From positions 3,510,001-3,542,000 of the forward strand of contig NZ_CP021983.2 in NCBI RefSeq assembly GCF_002075285.3: 32,000 bases of DNA. The letters run 5' to 3'. This DNA is from Halomicronema hongdechloris C2206. GTDB taxonomy: Bacteria > Cyanobacteriota > Cyanobacteriia > Phormidesmidales > Phormidesmidaceae. This document shows positions 1 through 8,690 of this stretch, in pieces. The first letter of the stretch is position 1; the number at the start of each line of letters is the position of its first letter. The notes beneath the pieces were generated by a model that did no database searches, was not told the DNA's origin, and was given only the letters and a program-made list of their open reading frames with translations. The position numbers were made by a program, and so were the translations under genes.

Positions 1-1713
1 TCCCATGTCATGGCGATGGCGGTGCAGCGGCTGTTTCCGAAGGCTCAGGTGACCATTGGCCCCTGGATTGATTACGGCTTTTACTACGATTTCGATCATC
101 CCGAGCCCTTTACGGAGCAAGACCTCAAGGCCATCAAGAAGGAGATGATTAAAATCATCAAGCAGGGATTGCCATTAGTGCGGGAAGAGGTCAGCCGGGA
201 AGAAGCCAAGCGGCGCATCGAAGCCCTGGGGGAACCTTACAAGCTAGAGATCTTAGCAGACCTGCAAGAGCCCATTACTCTCTACCACTTGGGGGACAAG
301 TGGTGGGATCTCTGTGCCGGTCCCCACGTAGAGACCACCAAAGATCTGCACCCCAAAGCCTTCGATCTGGAAAGTGTAGCTGGTGCCTATTGGCGCGGAG
401 ATTCTCAGCGAGCTCAGTTGCAGCGTATCTATGGCACCGCCTGGGAGACACCGGAACAGCTGGCGGAGTACAAGCGGCGTCGGCAGGAAGCCAAGCGCCG
501 CGATCATCGTAAATTGGGCAAGGAGCTAGGCCTGTTCCTCTTCGCCGATGAGGTAGGCCCGGGATTGCCCCTGTGGACCCCCAAAGGCACCATTCTGCGT
601 TCGACCCTGGAAGATTTTCTGAAGCAAGAGCAAGTCAGCCGCGGCTATCTGCCGGTGGTGACTCCCCATATCGGGCGGGTAGAGCTGTTTAAGATTTCGG
701 GACACTGGCAGAAGTACAAAGACGATCTGTTCCCAATGATGGGGGATTCTGAGGATGAGGGCTTTGTGCTGAAGGCGATGAATTGCCCCTTTCATGTGCA
801 GATCTATAAGTCAGTGCTGCGGTCCTATCGGGATTTGCCGCTGCGACTGGCGGAATTTGGCACCGTCTATCGCTATGAGCAATCGGGAGAGTTGGGGGGA
901 CTGACTCGGGTACGGGGCTTTACCCAGGACGATGCTCACCTATTTGTCACCCCCGAGCAATTGGATGATGAGTTTCTCAAGGTGGTCGATCTAATCCAGG
1001 CGACACTGAAGGCCCTGAAACTGGACAATGCTTTCCGAGCCCGCCTCAGTTTCCGCGATCCGGATTTGGATAAGTACATCGGTGATGATGCCGCCTGGAC
1101 CAAGGCCGAAAATGCCATCCGCCGAGCGGTAGAGACCCTGGGCATGGACCATTTCGAAGGCATTGGTGAGGCGGCGTTCTATGGTCCCAAGCTGGACTTC
1201 ATCGTCACCGATGCCCTGGAGCGGGAGTGGCAATTGGGCACCGTGCAGGTGGACTATAACCTGCCCCAGCGCTTTGAGTTGGAGTACGTGGCCGAGGATG
1301 GCTCGCGGCAACGGCCGGTGATGATTCACCGGGCTCCTTTTGGTTCCTTAGAAAGGTTAATTGGCATCTTGATTGAAGAGTATGCTGGCGATTTTCCCCT
1401 GTGGTTGGCGCCAGTGCAGGTGCGCTTGTTGCCTGTCACCAGCGAACAACTGGGCTACAGCAACCAGGTGGCCGACCAACTGCGCAGCCAAGGCGTGAGG
1501 GTGGAAGTAGATACTAGCGGCGATCGCCTCGGCAAGATGATTCGCAATGCCGAGAAGGCCAAAATCCCGGTGATGGCGGTGATCGGCGCTAAGGAAGTGG
1601 CGGCCAACAGCCTCAGTGTGCGCACCCGCGCCTCGGGAGAATTGGGCACGCTGCCGGTGGCAGGGGTAGTGCAGCGGTTGAGTGATGCGATCGCACAGCG
1701 CCAAGACTTCTAA
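1..1713 (+). CDS. thrS: threonine--tRNA ligase, 5' end cut by window edge
   Basis: Frame 1 is open from base 1 (S-H-V precedes the first Met). Class II aaRS core strings are present: 'LRLAEFGTVYRYEQSGELGGLTRVRGFTQDDAHLF' and 'MIHRAPFGSLERLIGILIEEYAGDFPLWLAP'. A C-terminal anticodon-binding region follows. Confidence 0.93.
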   Translation, partial: SHVMAMAVQRLFPKAQVTIGPWIDYGFYYDFDHPEPFTEQDLKAIKKEMIKIIKQGLPLVREEVSREEAKRRIEALGEPYKLEILADLQEPITLYHLGDKWWDLCAGPHVETTKDLHPKAFDLESVAGAYWRGDSQRAQLQRIYGTAWETPEQLAEYKRRRQEAKRRDHRKLGKELGLFLFADEVGPGLPLWTPKGTILRSTLEDFLKQEQVSRGYLPVVTPHIGRVELFKISGHWQKYKDDLFPMMGDSEDEGFVLKAMNCPFHVQIYKSVLRSYRDLPLRLAEFGTVYRYEQSGELGGLTRVRGFTQDDAHLFVTPEQLDDEFLKVVDLIQATLKALKLDNAFRARLSFRDPDLDKYIGDDAAWTKAENAIRRAVETLGMDHFEGIGEAAFYGPKLDFIVTDALEREWQLGTVQVDYNLPQRFELEYVAEDGSRQRPVMIHRAPFGSLERLIGILIEEYAGDFPLWLAPVQVRLLPVTSEQLGYSNQVADQLRSQGVRVEVDTSGDRLGKMIRNAEKAKIPVMAVIGAKEVAANSLSVRTRASGELGTLPVAGVVQRLSDAIAQRQDF

Positions 1714-1816
1714 CCTGCATGGGCTGAAAGCGGCTCCTCCCTAGCGACCTCAGCAACGTGGCCCCAAAAAGGTGATAGGATGCCTCTCGCCTATATCTCA
1801 TCACTGCCACAGTGTC

Positions 1817-2749
1817 ATGGTTGCTGCACCGATTATCGTGTCCGTTCCAGCTACGACGGCTAACCTAGGGCCGGGTTTCGATTGCCTAGGGGCCGCCCTG
1901 AACTTACAGAACCACTTTCAGTTCACATCACTGTCGGCAGCACCAGATACGGTCGACATCGTGGTGCAGGGCTCAGAGGCTGAGCGTCTGGCCACCGACG
2001 CTAGCAATTTGGTCTACCGGTCCTTCGCTGCCCTGTTTCGCCAGTTGCAGCAATCTCCGCCTGCCGTTCGCATCGATATCGACTTGCGGGTGCCCCTGGC
2101 CCGGGGGTTGGGGAGTTCCTCTACGGCTATCGTTGGTGGCTTGCTGGGCGCCAATGCCATGGCCGGTAGTCCTCTGGATGTGGAGGCCATTGCCCGCCTA
2201 GCCACTGAACTGGAAGGCCATCCCGATAACGTGATACCGGCTTTGTTGGGAGGCTGTCGCCTGGCAGTCAGCCATGGGGAGGGAGGTTGCACCCTCTGTG
2301 AGGTGCCCTGGCATCCAGAGGTCATCCCGGTAGTGGCGATTCCTGAGTTTGAGCTATCTACGGCGGCGGCCCGGCAGGTATTGCCCCAACACTATAGTCG
2401 AGCCGATGCCATCTTCAATCTGGCCCATATGGGCCTATTGATCCGGGCTTTAGAAACCGGCAATGGCGACTGGCTGCGGCAGGCCCTGTGCGATCGCATC
2501 CATCAGCCCTATCGCCAATCCCTGATTCATGGCTATGGGGCAGTAGCCATGGCAGCTCGTGCAGCCGGAGCCTATGGCGTGGTCATCAGCGGCGCCGGCC
2601 CCACCCTCCTAGCCCTAACATCTGCTGCTCAAGCAACTTCTGTCCAGCAGGCCATGGCCGAAGGTTGGCAACAGCAAGGCATCGCCTGTCAAGTGCTGCA
2701 GTTGTGCATTGATGCCCAGGGCGCTCGGTATGCAGAGTTCCCACCTTGA
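1817..2749 (+). CDS. thrB: homoserine kinase (GHMP family)
   Basis: '[19 protein letters not shown]' and the GHMP ATP loop '[16 protein letters not shown]' are present. ATG at 1817 gives the usual ~310 aa. The track's GTG at 1772 adds an implausible Cys/His-rich leader. Confidence 0.9.
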   Translation: MVAAPIIVSVPATTANLGPGFDCLGAALNLQNHFQFTSLSAAPDTVDIVVQGSEAERLATDASNLVYRSFAALFRQLQQSPPAVRIDIDLRVPLARGLGSSSTAIVGGLLGANAMAGSPLDVEAIARLATELEGHPDNVIPALLGGCRLAVSHGEGGCTLCEVPWHPEVIPVVAIPEFELSTAAARQVLPQHYSRADAIFNLAHMGLLIRALETGNGDWLRQALCDRIHQPYRQSLIHGYGAVAMAARAAGAYGVVISGAGPTLLALTSAAQATSVQQAMAEGWQQQGIACQVLQLCIDAQGARYAEFPP

Positions 2750-2816
2750 CGGCTGCAACTCCCGATAGCTCAGAGGGAGTGCTCGATTGCCCCGGCAGTG
2801 CAGATATAGCCGAGGA

Positions 2817-2843
2817 GGGACACGAGATCTTGTGTCCCTTTTG
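2817..2843 (+). terminator. rho-independent terminator candidate after thrB
   Basis: gggacac (2817-2823) / gtgtccc (2832-2838) form a 7-bp stem with an 8-nt loop, followed by ttttg. It lies 68 nt after the thrB stop. Confidence 0.6.
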
Positions 2844-2958
2844 ATTGATGCCCTACCCCATGGCAAATGGGACGCTCTCCGTAGTGTCCCGGAGGCCATG
2901 GCGTCCGGAAATGCCCAGGATAGAACTGAAGGTATGAATAGCGTTCTTAGGGTATTTC

Positions 2959-3108
2959 ATGGGCCGACAATCTTCTCATCAATGCCCCCACTGCCATCAC
3001 TCTGACCTCAAAAGCACTGGGGTCAGGGGCATTCGTAAGTGTTCAGCCTGCGGTGCCTTTGTCGACCTGCGTCGACGCCACTGGTTGCGACGATGGCTGT
3101 CGGCTTAA
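2959..3108 (+). CDS. small zinc-ribbon protein candidate (49 aa), below the ORF-track length cut-off
   Basis: ATG..TAA translates to MGRQSSHQCPHCHHSDLKSTGVRGIRKCSACGAFVDLRRRHWLRRWLSA. It has two CxxC pairs 16 residues apart and a basic tail. No homology check was possible. Confidence 0.35.
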   Translation: MGRQSSHQCPHCHHSDLKSTGVRGIRKCSACGAFVDLRRRHWLRRWLSA

Positions 3109-3312
3109 GAGATGATTTGCAAACGGCGTGGGCCCTGCACTCAGCGTGACCGAAGGTCGCCCCATCCAACGTGACATTTTGGCGCGACATTTTTGGCAAG
3201 CAGCCTAGCTAATTTGCTGGAATCCGGGTGGCGCTTCCCTTGCCCGGAATGACCCATTGCAGCCTCTATCAATAGTCGTAAGATTGGACGTTCTCAGCGT
3301 TGAGCAAATCGC

Positions 3313-4251
3313 CTATGCATCTGCATCCGGCAGAATTAGTAGACTAATCTGCCCTAGTCTGGCCTCTACCTGAGTGTCTACCACCAGGGCACTGAGTTGG
3401 GTTGGCTCGAGAACATCTAGGGTGAGGGTATCGGCATAGCCATTGAGTACCACCCAGGCGATAGTCGTCTCAACGCCGGTTTTGTGCAGGATGAACTGGC
3501 CGCCGTGCAACCACACCAGCACCCAGGGCTCGGGCTCGAATTGGCTATTGCCAAAGCAGCTCACGCCCCCCTTCTCGATACCGATTAAATAGGTGCCCGG
3601 CACCAGGGAGGTGGTAGTGGCTACCTGTTCTAAACTAGATGTTTGCTCGGCATCTAGGCCATAGCTGTGCTGTTGGCTATCGATGGTGAGGTGCTGTTGG
3701 CAGCCTACCCGGAGTGGAGTCCTCGGCAGGGATGGGGCTGGGGGAAAGGAGGCGGGCTCAACCGGAGCGGATATCGCCTCGGGGGCATCAGTGGCATGGG
3801 CGGACTCAGTGACCTCGGTAATCGAGGCCCGTTGATGGAGAGACCGCACCAACCCATGCCACTGGCCCTCGGGGGTGTAGTAGCCTAACTCGGCCACATA
3901 GTCGCGCTCTCCGACAGGAGCGGTGATTCGCAGGGATGAGAGTCCTTCACAGGGATAGTCATAGACCGCGTGGGCGGGTTGTCGATCTAGGTCAATGGCG
4001 GTGGCGTCATAGAGGCGCAGGCCGAGAGGCAGCTTGCGATCGCATAGGGTTGCCCGCACGAGATCGGGCAGGGTCCACTGGGCCAGTAAGACTTGCTGGG
4101 GCTGGGCCACAAGGCTGAGGCTAGCGGCTGAGGCAGCCTGTCGCAACTCGGGGCTGTCGGCCCAAACGGAAGGTTGATCTACCTGGTCGGCCCCGGGCAG
4201 AGATTTCCTCTGGCGCCACGATGGGCTCAGTAGTGTTGTCTGCAACCTCAA
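3313..4251 (-). CDS. hypothetical protein: DUF4912-like unit plus conserved C-terminal beta-rich domain (CTD copy 1)
   Basis: 'LRLYDATAIDLDRQPAH...ERDYVAELGYYTPEGQWHGLVRS' repeats the unit in ORF 4121-4762. The last ~125 aa ('PGTYLIGIEKGG...EPEPWVLVWLHGGQFILHKTGVE...VLNGYADTLTLDVLEPTQL') recur at 6403-6790 and 5952-6350. The listed start lies inside the upstream ORF, so this may be the 3' part of a longer broken gene. Confidence 0.7.
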   Translation of the reverse strand: MRLQTTLLSPSWRQRKSLPGADQVDQPSVWADSPELRQAASAASLSLVAQPQQVLLAQWTLPDLVRATLCDRKLPLGLRLYDATAIDLDRQPAHAVYDYPCEGLSSLRITAPVGERDYVAELGYYTPEGQWHGLVRSLHQRASITEVTESAHATDAPEAISAPVEPASFPPAPSLPRTPLRVGCQQHLTIDSQQHSYGLDAEQTSSLEQVATTTSLVPGTYLIGIEKGGVSCFGNSQFEPEPWVLVWLHGGQFILHKTGVETTIAWVVLNGYADTLTLDVLEPTQLSALVVDTQVEARLGQISLLILPDADA

Positions 4252-4762
4252 GGGCAGACTCGGAGGGAGCCGTCGGAGCGGCTATGCGGGCATGCAGGGA
4301 GCGCCCCAGACGAATCCAGTGGTGCTCGGCATCGGTGCAGCCCAACTCGGCCACATAGTCGCGGTCATAGGCGGCCACCTGAATCGGTAGGGTCCCCGAT
4401 ATCCCGGCAACGGGGATAGTTTGGGTGTGATGGGGAGGCTGATGATCGAGATCGATGGCGGTGGCATCATGCAGCTTTAGCACCAGGGGAACTGCTGCCA
4501 GGCGCGCCGCCGCCTGCGCTGGGTCTGAAAAGGTCCAGGTCACCGCCCAGGCGTCCGTGGCCAGGGGCTGTAGGGCGATCTGAGCCGTTGGCCAGGGGGA
4601 ATCTGGGGATTGGGGTTCCCCTGCCGGGGGCGAATCACCTGCGTCTGCTGGGGCAGCCGCGGCAGCGGCCAGACCGCCGGCCAGGGCTGCCCCCTGAGTA
4701 TCCATCCGCGCTGGGGCAGGGGGAGGCTCCGCTGGAGGACTCTCAGGCGATGGCTCAGCCAC
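4121..4762 (-). CDS. hypothetical protein: Pro/Ala/Glu-rich linker plus DUF4912-like unit
   Basis: 'LVLKLHDATAIDLDHQPPH...YDRDYVAELGCTDAEHHWIRLGRS'. This frame stays open upstream to about 5085 and reads as a P/A/E/T-rich linker, so the GTG at 4762 is probably not the real start. Confidence 0.6.
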   Translation of the reverse strand: MAEPSPESPPAEPPPAPARMDTQGAALAGGLAAAAAAPADAGDSPPAGEPQSPDSPWPTAQIALQPLATDAWAVTWTFSDPAQAAARLAAVPLVLKLHDATAIDLDHQPPHHTQTIPVAGISGTLPIQVAAYDRDYVAELGCTDAEHHWIRLGRSLHARIAAPTAPSESALEVADNTTEPIVAPEEISARGRPGRSTFRLGRQPRVATGCLSR

Positions 4763-4958
4763 TGCCTCTGGGGCAGGGATAGACTCGGTTGCAGTGTCTT
4801 CAGGTGCGGGACTGGTGGATACGGCGGTGGTGAGGGGCAGATCTGCCCCAGCAGCAGTGGATGCTGGAGGAGAGGCTGGGCTGGAGCCAGAAATAGTAGC
4901 ATCTGCATTGACATCTGCATCTGCTTCCGGAGCAGATGTTGCCGCCGAGGTCGGTGTC

Positions 4959-5867
4959 TCAGCCCTGGAGACTCGGCCCCTGGAGACTCGGCCCCTGGAG
5001 ACTCGGCCCTGGAGGGCTGTAGGAGAGCGGTGCCTGAGTTGAGGGGGCGGACCGGCGACTCCGCCACAGCCAGTAGAGCAGCGGCAGGCCTAGCAGTGGC
5101 AACAGTAGCCACCACCACTGCCCAGGGGAAGTATCTGCCGTTGGGGCTTCGGCAGTGGTGCCTGGAGCCGTCGACACCGGATCGTCTGGGCCAGGGCCGG
5201 TGGGTTCAGGGGCAGTCTCTTCGCCGGGGTCTGGGGGCTGGGAGGTCGGGGGCTCCGCCTCTGAGGTGTCGCTGCCGCCCTCACCGGCAGCTGCCTCATC
5301 GGCGGTTGCTAAGCCAGCGTCTCCCGACGCTGGCGTTGACGCTAGGGCCTGGTCGATGGCCTCGCGGTTGAGGGGATCGGTGGCGACGCCGAAGAAGGCC
5401 CGCAGCACCGGATCAGGGTCAGGACCTGCATAGACATAGGCGAGGTTCCCCTGGATGGGATGCGATCGCAACCCCTGCAGCCGCTCTTGGGGCGTCAACG
5501 GCCGCTGCACCGCGGCTAAATCTAGGGTACCAGCGGCGACGGCAGCCAAGGCAGCGTCGGGGGCGAGGGTGACCAGATCTACCGTGGTGCCAGGATATTG
5601 CTGGGTAAAGGCCCTGCCCAACTGCTGATTGAGACTGGCCAGGGTATCGCTGCCACCAATACGTAGGGTGGTACCCTGCAGAGTCTCCCTGGCGGTGGGT
5701 GGTGATTCCCCTGCAGCTGCCTCGGGTTCGGCGGACTCTGGCACCACCAGATAGGTGTTATCGGAGGCCAGGACAACGGTCCTCACCCCCCCAAACGGAA
5801 TGGTAGACAGCGACAGCAATAGTCCAATGGCGACAGGACGTTGCCCTAGCGACCACCCATGTCCCAT
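4959..5867 (-). CDS. secreted/membrane protein with truncated PstS-like (PBP type 2) domain, acidic linker and TM helix
   Basis: N-terminal hydrophobic segment 'RPVAIGLLLSLSTIPFGG'. 'LRIGGSDTLASLNQQL...LDLAAVQRPLTPQE' aligns with paralog 7545-8690. TM 'WWWLLLPLLGLPLLYWLW' is followed by RSRRS. The ORF ends in (GPSLQ)x3 created by a 15-bp repeat. Confidence 0.7.
   Translation of the reverse strand: MGHGWSLGQRPVAIGLLLSLSTIPFGGVRTVVLASDNTYLVVPESAEPEAAAGESPPTARETLQGTTLRIGGSDTLASLNQQLGRAFTQQYPGTTVDLVTLAPDAALAAVAAGTLDLAAVQRPLTPQERLQGLRSHPIQGNLAYVYAGPDPDPVLRAFFGVATDPLNREAIDQALASTPASGDAGLATADEAAAGEGGSDTSEAEPPTSQPPDPGEETAPEPTGPGPDDPVSTAPGTTAEAPTADTSPGQWWWLLLPLLGLPLLYWLWRSRRSAPSTQAPLSYSPPGPSLQGPSLQGPSLQG
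4964..5008. repeat. 15-bp perfect tandem repeat x3 (cctggagactcggcc) inside coding sequence
   Basis: Units at 4964-4978, 4979-4993 and 4994-5008. Depending on frame they read GPSLQ, AESPG or GRVSR on the minus strand. Confidence 0.9.
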
Positions 5868-5951
5868 AGTCCGGTCTCCCTAGCGTGGCATCTCAGCAAA
5901 ACAGTTTGACTCCCATGACAGCCCTACTCGGCTCGGGGGCTGGGACAGCGT

Positions 5952-6350
5952 TTATCGGTCCTTCAGGATGGAGAGCACCCCCTGGCCCTTGCTGGCGTTG
6001 GCCTTGGGCATCGAAGAATAGCCCACATAGGGTAGTGGTTTCCAGCACTTCTAGGGTAAGGGTATCGTCATAGCCATGCAGGGACGACCCAGGTGGCTCC
6101 CACTTCTGATATTGGTCTTCCTATTGATAAACTGGCCGCCGTAGATCCAGAGCAATACCCAGGGGGCTTGCTCCCAGGATTGGGCCTCGGGGCCGTGGCG
6201 CCACCCTCCCTGCTCAATGCGGATGATGTATAGCCCTGGCTCCAGGGGAATGGCATTGGTGCCTGACTGTAGTTGCCCGAGGCGGGCCTCATCTAATACA
6301 TAGCAGTGGGCTCGGCTATCGACGGTTAACCGCACGGGTTCACTCCTCAC
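5952..6350 (-). pseudogene. stand-alone copy of the cluster's C-terminal domain (CTD copy 2), broken by about three frameshifts
   Basis: Similarity to the other CTDs runs through three frames. 'RLTVDSRAHCYVLDEARLGQLQSGTNAIPLEPGLYIIRIEQGG...APWVLLWIYGGQFINRKT' (ORF 6051-6350) is followed by 'EVGATWVV' (ORF 6068-6292 frame). Next comes 'LHGYDDTLTLEVLETTTLCGLFFDAQG', then 'GQGVLSILKDR*' with its stop at 5952-5954. Confidence 0.65.
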
Positions 6351-6402
6351 AAGATGCTGACACGAAAAATCTAGAGCTAACGCCAGAGGTAAATCTCAGA
6401 GG

Positions 6403-7800
6403 TTAGGTCATCTCTAGGATGGAAATATCCACCTGACCGCTATTGTCTTCCCGATAGGTATCTAGGAACAGGGCCCAGAGATGGGTAGGCTCCAGGACTC
6501 GCAGTACCAGGGCATCGCCATAGCCGTTCAAGACTGCCCAGATGCTAGCCACCTCGACCCCGGTTTGCTTATTAATCACACGGCCTCCATGAATCCACAG
6601 CACCACCCAGGGTTCGGGAGCAAATCCCTGGCCGTCGCTCCAATAGCCAAAAGCACCCTGGCTAATCCGGATCATATAATCGCCCGGTGTCAGGGAGGTG
6701 GTGTTGGCGGTGGACTGCAGGCTGGCCAACTGCTGCGTGTCTAAGCCATAGCAATGTGGTGGAGCCTCAATCACCAGGCGACGATAGGTGCATTCCTGAC
6801 AGCTATTGAGCAGGGCGTCTCTGAGTAGGGCGACGGCATCGGTGGGATCAGCACCCAGGGTGCGACTGAGGCCCCCGGTGCTCTGGGCCAGGCGACTCTG
6901 GCTATTCCAGACAGCGGTGTCATCCCGTGGTGTCCAGTCGGTGTGGAGCCTCACCTGGTTTTGGTGGGCCCTAGCGATCAGGGACGCGGTTGCCAAGTCA
7001 GCCTCTCTCAGTCCGTCACTATCGGTAGCCCCCAGGATCCAGATGGCCCGGGTTGCCTCTAGGCGCCAGCCGCCGTGGTCCACCAGGATTTCCAGGATCT
7101 GGGCAGGCTCCTGAGATGGAGCAGTGACATCTCCCTGGGTAGCTAGAAACTCTGCCACGGAACGATCGCAGCGGGTTTGGGGCCAGGGGGCCTCGAGCCC
7201 CAGCCAGACCAGCCGTAGATCCAGGGGCTGTAGCTGAGTCACCTGTGCGATCGCAGCCTCAGCGGCGCTACTCAGGGCAGCAACAACTGGTCCTAAGGCA
7301 GGCTCGTTATCGATCACGATCAGCAAATCCACGCTGGCGGCGGCCACTGAGGTTCGCCCCGGGCCTGGGGGTGATAGTCCCTGGGCTCGCTCATAACTAT
7401 CGCGAGCGGCCACAGTCTCCCCCAGTCGCACCAGGGCATCTCCCCGTCCTTGCCAGGCCTCAATGGCCCGATCATCGGCGGGGATGCCAGGAGTTGCCGC
7501 TGGGGGTGGCTCCTGAACCTGGAAACTCTCTGGGGTTGCTGCGTCTATTGCTGGCCCTGTTTTTGCTTCCCTAGCGACGTCCCTGCCTCCTCTGGCGCTG
7601 GCAGCCCCATCAGTGGCGGCCGTTGGCATGGCTGGATCGGCGGCGGCGGTAGTTGACGTTGCCGCCTCCGGTTCTGCCGCCTCCGGTTCTGCCGCCGTTT
7701 GGCAATCGGCAGACTCCGGAGACGCAGCCGATTTGCCCGCTGGCGCTGGCTGAGCCACCAGCCTAGCCATAGCAGCAGCCCCCCCAGTAGCACCCACCAA
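6403..7800 (-). CDS. hypothetical protein: A/E/P-rich linker, TPR-like helix pair, possible MIDAS-less vWA-like region, CTD copy 3
   Basis: C-terminus 'CYGLDTQQLASLQSTANTTSLTPGDYMIRISQGAFGYW...APEPWVVLWIHGGRVINKQTGVEV...VLNGYGDALVLRVLEPTHL'. Middle region 'VDLLIVIDNEPALG...AIWILGATDSDGL' (vWA-like is inference only). The 5' 256 nt overlap ORF 7545-8690 in another frame, so the true start is unclear. Confidence 0.7.
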   Translation of the reverse strand: MVGATGGAAAMARLVAQPAPAGKSAASPESADCQTAAEPEAAEPEAATSTTAAADPAMPTAATDGAASARGGRDVAREAKTGPAIDAATPESFQVQEPPPAATPGIPADDRAIEAWQGRGDALVRLGETVAARDSYERAQGLSPPGPGRTSVAAASVDLLIVIDNEPALGPVVAALSSAAEAAIAQVTQLQPLDLRLVWLGLEAPWPQTRCDRSVAEFLATQGDVTAPSQEPAQILEILVDHGGWRLEATRAIWILGATDSDGLREADLATASLIARAHQNQVRLHTDWTPRDDTAVWNSQSRLAQSTGGLSRTLGADPTDAVALLRDALLNSCQECTYRRLVIEAPPHCYGLDTQQLASLQSTANTTSLTPGDYMIRISQGAFGYWSDGQGFAPEPWVVLWIHGGRVINKQTGVEVASIWAVLNGYGDALVLRVLEPTHLWALFLDTYREDNSGQVDISILEMT

Positions 7801-8690
7801 AATGGCAATAGTCGGTCGACGGGAGTGGTGGCCGTGCCAACGCCAGGACTGGAGCTGGAGGATCGTTGCCAGGGTCTGGGCTCCAGGGCCGCTGTGATCG
7901 CATCGGCTTCGGCGTCTTTGGCCTGGTTGATAGCCAGTTGTCCAGAGGGATCTTGTACCAGGTCCAGGAAGGCTTGAATCGCCGGATTATCGGCCCGATA
8001 GGCATAGCCCCGCAGCGAGGTGTAGGGATAGATGGCATCGCCGGGCAACGTATCCAGCAGCACGGCAATTTTTACGACCCGCACCTGGGGTTGATGCTGG
8101 ATCTGGGATGCGATCGCATAGCCGATGCCATCGCCACCGAGCCGCCGAATCACCGCCGCCGTATCGGCCACGGTCACATGATGCTCCTGGGAAGCCGGCT
8201 GCCCCTCTAAATCCTGAAACCGAGGATTGTTCAGTAGAGCCTGGCGGGTGTCACTGCCCTGGGGCCGATCGATGACCAAAATATTCCCCGGCTGCCGACC
8301 CAGCTCCGCCCAATCTGTGATCTCTCCCCGCAGAATCTGGGCAAATTGCTCGACGGTCAAACTTCCCATGAAGGGATTACTGCGGCCAACGATGACGGCT
8401 ATGCTGTCCTGGCTAACGGGAATCTGCCGTAGGCCCTTCGCCGTCTCAGCCTCCATCAGGGGGCGACCAATGGCAGCCAAATCAATGTCGCCAGCAATGA
8501 CCTCATCCAGGGCCGTCTCAGTACCCCGAGAATCTAGGGTGACCTCGATCTGGGGATAGCTCTGCTCAAATTGCTGCTTCAGCCAGCGGTTGATCAGCAC
8601 CATGGCATCGGAGCCATCAATCCGCAGCTGATCGCCAGCCACCGCCTTCACCTGCGTCACAGAAGCGGGGGGCGTCTCAGTCGAGTTCAC
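7545..8690 (-). CDS. PstS-like phosphate-binding-protein-fold domain (PBP type 2) plus TM helix
   Basis: 'LRIDGSDAMVLINRWL', 'DLAAIGRPL', 'RPQGSDTRQALL' and 'YPYTSLRGYAYRAD' are typical of PstS-family PBPs (from memory). TM 'FWWVLLGGLLLWLGWWL'. The GTG start at 8690 has no signal peptide. A signal-like peptide sits out of frame at 8710-8808. The Arg-rich tail after the TM looks like an off-frame read of the A/E/P linker. Confidence 0.75.
   Translation of the reverse strand: MNSTETPPASVTQVKAVAGDQLRIDGSDAMVLINRWLKQQFEQSYPQIEVTLDSRGTETALDEVIAGDIDLAAIGRPLMEAETAKGLRQIPVSQDSIAVIVGRSNPFMGSLTVEQFAQILRGEITDWAELGRQPGNILVIDRPQGSDTRQALLNNPRFQDLEGQPASQEHHVTVADTAAVIRRLGGDGIGYAIASQIQHQPQVRVVKIAVLLDTLPGDAIYPYTSLRGYAYRADNPAIQAFLDLVQDPSGQLAINQAKDAEADAITAALEPRPWQRSSSSSPGVGTATTPVDRLLPFWWVLLGGLLLWLGWWLSQRQRANRLRLRSLPIAKRRQNRRRQNRRRQRQLPPPPIQPCQRPPLMGLPAPEEAGTSLGKQKQGQQ
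7661..7696. repeat. 15-bp tandem repeat x2.4 (gccgcctccggttct) inside coding sequence
   Basis: Units at 7661-7675 and 7676-7690, with a partial unit at 7691-7696. They read AAEPE or RRQNR on the minus strand depending on frame. Confidence 0.9.

Noticed and set aside
2761-2800. tRNA-like string 'gatagctcagagggag' after thrB.
   Set aside because: The D-arm cannot close (gctc versus gtgc). No acceptor stem, anticodon arm or T-loop GTTCRA follows.
4540-5371. ORFs 4540-5118 (-) and 4610-5371 (+) as independent genes.
   Set aside because: The plus-strand ORF is an Arg/Gly/Cys-rich antisense shadow. The minus-strand ORF is credible only across the 'AESPG' repeat, as a bridging frame of the broken PBP gene, and the rest reads as an off-frame Pro/Leu/Gln tract.
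7545-7800. Programmed -1 ribosomal frameshifting as the explanation for the two PBP-TM / downstream ORF overlaps. Both need a -1 shift at the equivalent position.
   Set aside because: I found no X XXY YYZ slippery heptamer or obvious downstream structure in either overlap. One junction is explained by a one-base shortening of a G/C run, and other breaks in the cluster are +1. Indels or pseudogenisation are more parsimonious, but this is not excluded.
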